This document shows positions 61,341 through 64,000 of a stretch of DNA of 64,000 bases, in pieces. The position numbers were made by a program, and so were the translations under genes. Positions within the stretch are counted from its first letter, which is position 1; each line of letters begins with the position of its first letter. The stretch covers positions 7,874,001 to 7,938,000 of the forward strand of contig JBHGNT010000006.1 of NCBI GenBank assembly GCA_043228905.1, given 5' to 3'. The notes under the pieces were generated by a model that saw only the letters and a list, made by a program, of their open reading frames with translations, was not told the origin of the DNA and did not search any database. This stretch comes from Azolla caroliniana. Its lineage: Eukaryota; Plantae; Polypodiophyta.

Positions 61341-62907
61341 CCGTGTTCCTAATCGGTAACACTTTTGGCACGCCGGGTGATCTATGTCTTCTCACAGACG
61401 AGCAACGACGAATGGATGTTTAGCCGCAGACGCCCCAGAGAACCAACACGACAAGAACGACCAATCACACGGTCCGTCACATGCCAGGCAAAGGAATGCG
61501 CGCAGCAGAAGCCTCGGTTCAACGACCTCAATACTACCTGTTGTGATTACAAAGGTGATTCTTCGCTCTCTAAACACTTTGACGATACGCGGGGAGCACG
61601 CTCACCACAGCCACCCTGTGGTCTTTCCCGACCCGCCGTAGCCCCCAACATGGCCTTTGCCTATCCCCGCTTTAACGGTGAAACCGACGCCGCAACCCAT
61701 ATTCGCATGTTCCTTAATGTCTGGAATGCGAACCACATGGCGCAGAGCCTTTCGGAGGCGGTAGCGCACCAGTCGAAAATGACGGAGTTCGGGTTCATTG
61801 GATGGGCGAGCGGCGTTTTGGCATTCACAGATGGACTTACCAGCAATCACAACCTTCGATCAGTAGCAGTCCACTTTCTTGCGGTTCTTCCATCGGAGGG
61901 TTCCACAACGCGAAATCCTCGGACAATTCTACATGATTAAGCAACTGCCGACCAAGATGATCGCAGACTTCAGCTTACGTTTCCAAAATTTACGACGGAA
62001 ACTAGAACGGAGCCCCGCGGAGGACGAGGCTCGAGAGACATTTCTGGCAGCATTACGCCGACCCATCCAGTCAACGCTCAACAACAATAGCGTGAAAGGG
62101 GAAACGACGGATATGGTCATTGAACGAGCGTTACAACTCGAGTTGGACAACGAGGAAGAAAGGTTTTCTATGTCCTCCTTACGACAAGAGTTACCCCAGG
62201 ACGAGGAACGCCACTTTCGTCAAGCAATCCAGTGCACGATTTGCTTGAACTCGGGGCATTCCGTAGTGGAGTGCAACATGCGAATCCACTGCCCAATCTG
62301 CCACTCAAAGGCTCACACAATCCAACAATGCGAATACAATATGTTTAACAGAGCCGCTCCCACAGTCCGCAGCATGGACACAAAGCGTCCCCCACGCCGT
62401 ACTGAACCAAGGCGGCAAGAAGACCGACCATGGTATATGGATTGCAACCCACGGGACGACCGGCACCACCGGAATCGCCGAAATCACAACGATTCCGAGG
62501 AAGACGAACCAGAGGATGAGGATTATCGTGGACATCCGAGTTATGCTAAAGGTGGCCGACGCTATGAGAATCACCGGCTGACAAACAAACGTGGCGGCTT
62601 CAATGGTTATCGTGGGAAGCCGCGTCAATATCGAGATCGTCGGCGTTACGACGAAAGCTTGGGAGATGAGCGACACCAAGAACCACGACGGGACCAACAA
62701 CAACCACCGCGTGCGTTCCGACAAACAAGGCCGGACCGGGAGGAGCAAGTCGCACCAGGGGATCGGCACACACCACCAGGAGCCGAGAAGGGTGAGTCAA
62801 GCATCCATTGTTTTATTTGTCAGCAGCCTGGACATTATGCCACGCAATGCCCAGCACGCAAGAGCAAGGGGCCCGCCGTCAACACGATTACGACGGAAGT
62901 ACAGCAA

Positions 62908-63753
62908 GTCACGACACGCCAGCAAACAAAAACGGTTGATTGGGCTGCGCAAGATGAGATACGACGACAAGCCCAGGCATGGGTGGAAAAAGCAAACACG
63001 ACCAATACAGAGTGCATGTGGAAGGAGTCCGCGAATACGAGGGAGGAAGCAGAGGACGAAGGATTGGTCTCGGACCCCATTTGGCAGGCATTAGCGGGAT
63101 GCGAGATAACGTTAACAATGGAGAAGCTGCTGTAGCTAGTCCCACGCTTCCGTCAGACCATGGAAGAGCGGGTGACGGGCATACCCGGGGTCACGACACG
63201 CCAGCAAACAAAAATGGTTGATTGGGCTGCGCAAGATGAGATACGACGACAAGCCCAAGCATGGGTGAAAAAAGCAAACACGACCAATACAGAGCGCATG
63301 TGGAAGGAGTCCGCGAATACGAGGGAGGAAGCAGAGGACGAAGGATTGGTCTCGGACCCCATTTGGCAGGCATTAGCGGGATGCGAGATAACGTTAACAA
63401 TGGAGAAGCTGCTGTAGCTAGTCCCACGCTTCCGCCAGACCATGGAAGAGCGGGTGACGGGCATACCCGGGGTCACGACACGCCAGCAAACAAAAACGGT
63501 TGATTGGGCTGCGCAAGATGAGATACGACGACAAGCCCAAGCATGGGTGAAAAAAGCAAACACGACCAATACAGAGCGCATGTGGAAGGAGTCCGCGAAT
63601 ACGAGGGAGGAAGCAGAGGACGAAGGATTGGTCTCGGACCCCATTTGGCAGGCATTAGCGGGCTGCGAGATAACGTTAACAATGGAGAAGCTGCTGCAGC
63701 TAGTCCCACGCTTCCGCCAGACCATGGAAGAGCGGGTGACGGGCATACCCGGG
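62908..63753 (+). repeat. 282-bp in-frame tandem triplication in gag
   Basis: Units start at 62908, 63190 and 63472; GTCA microhomology at the junctions. Confidence 0.95.
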
Positions 63754-64000
63754 GTCAGCGTCGCTACAAACCTTACAGATGTTAGCGACGGCCCGCTTGT
63801 AGTGGATCACCACAACCTGGCGATCACATTAATATTACACGGATAGGAAATTTCTGGATGCGTAATCGATGGCGGCTCAAGTGTCAATGTAATTAGCGCG
63901 AAAACTTGCGAGCAGTTAGGCATTTCAGAATGGGAGGCTTGCCCATTCTAGCTCCGAATGGCAGATACTCGCTCAATACGACCATTGGGCTTAATTCGCA

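Larger units (their letters stand above)
60404..64000 (+). mobile_element. Non-chromovirus Gypsy element (Tat/Athila-like group, uncertain): 5' LTR, gag and start of protease; continues beyond the window
   Basis: LTR TGTTG(60404)...TAACA(61361); PBS-like TGGCACGCCGGGTG at 61366 (Arg-type, tentative); gag ~61650-63846 with three CCHC knuckles; protease VIDGGSSVN at ~63862. Confidence 0.78.

Overview
Eukaryotic DNA made almost entirely of transposable elements; I found no host gene, rRNA or CRISPR array. The TE repertoire suggests a non-seed land plant such as a fern (inference). The window starts with two back-to-back LINEs (RTE/RTEX-like on -, L1 on +) separated by (GA)n and tRNA-like A/B-box modules. 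The L1 is the base of a nest at least 7 levels deep, resolved from LTR termini and target-site duplications (TSDs). The nest holds two chromovirus-type Gypsy elements (one Tcn1-like, probably self-priming, with a MULE in its LTR), three tRNA-iMet-primed Copia elements, a Copia solo LTR, a non-chromovirus Gypsy with three zinc knuckles, and six insertions of one GC-rich Gypsy lineage I call 'W'. W is the most unusual element. It makes 4-bp TSDs, and all six visible target flanks are CpG-centred (ACGN/NCGT). It has an 18-nt tRNA-Trp primer-binding site. Its protease (D-H-G motif) is in ORF1, and pol is reached by a predicted -1 frameshift at G GAU UUU(stop), followed by a stem-loop/pseudoknot with compensatory changes between copies. 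Other signals are outward-facing tRNA-like modules at the 5' edges of three unrelated retroelements and hairpins enclosing the Copia PPT/U3 junctions. All coordinates were read by eye.
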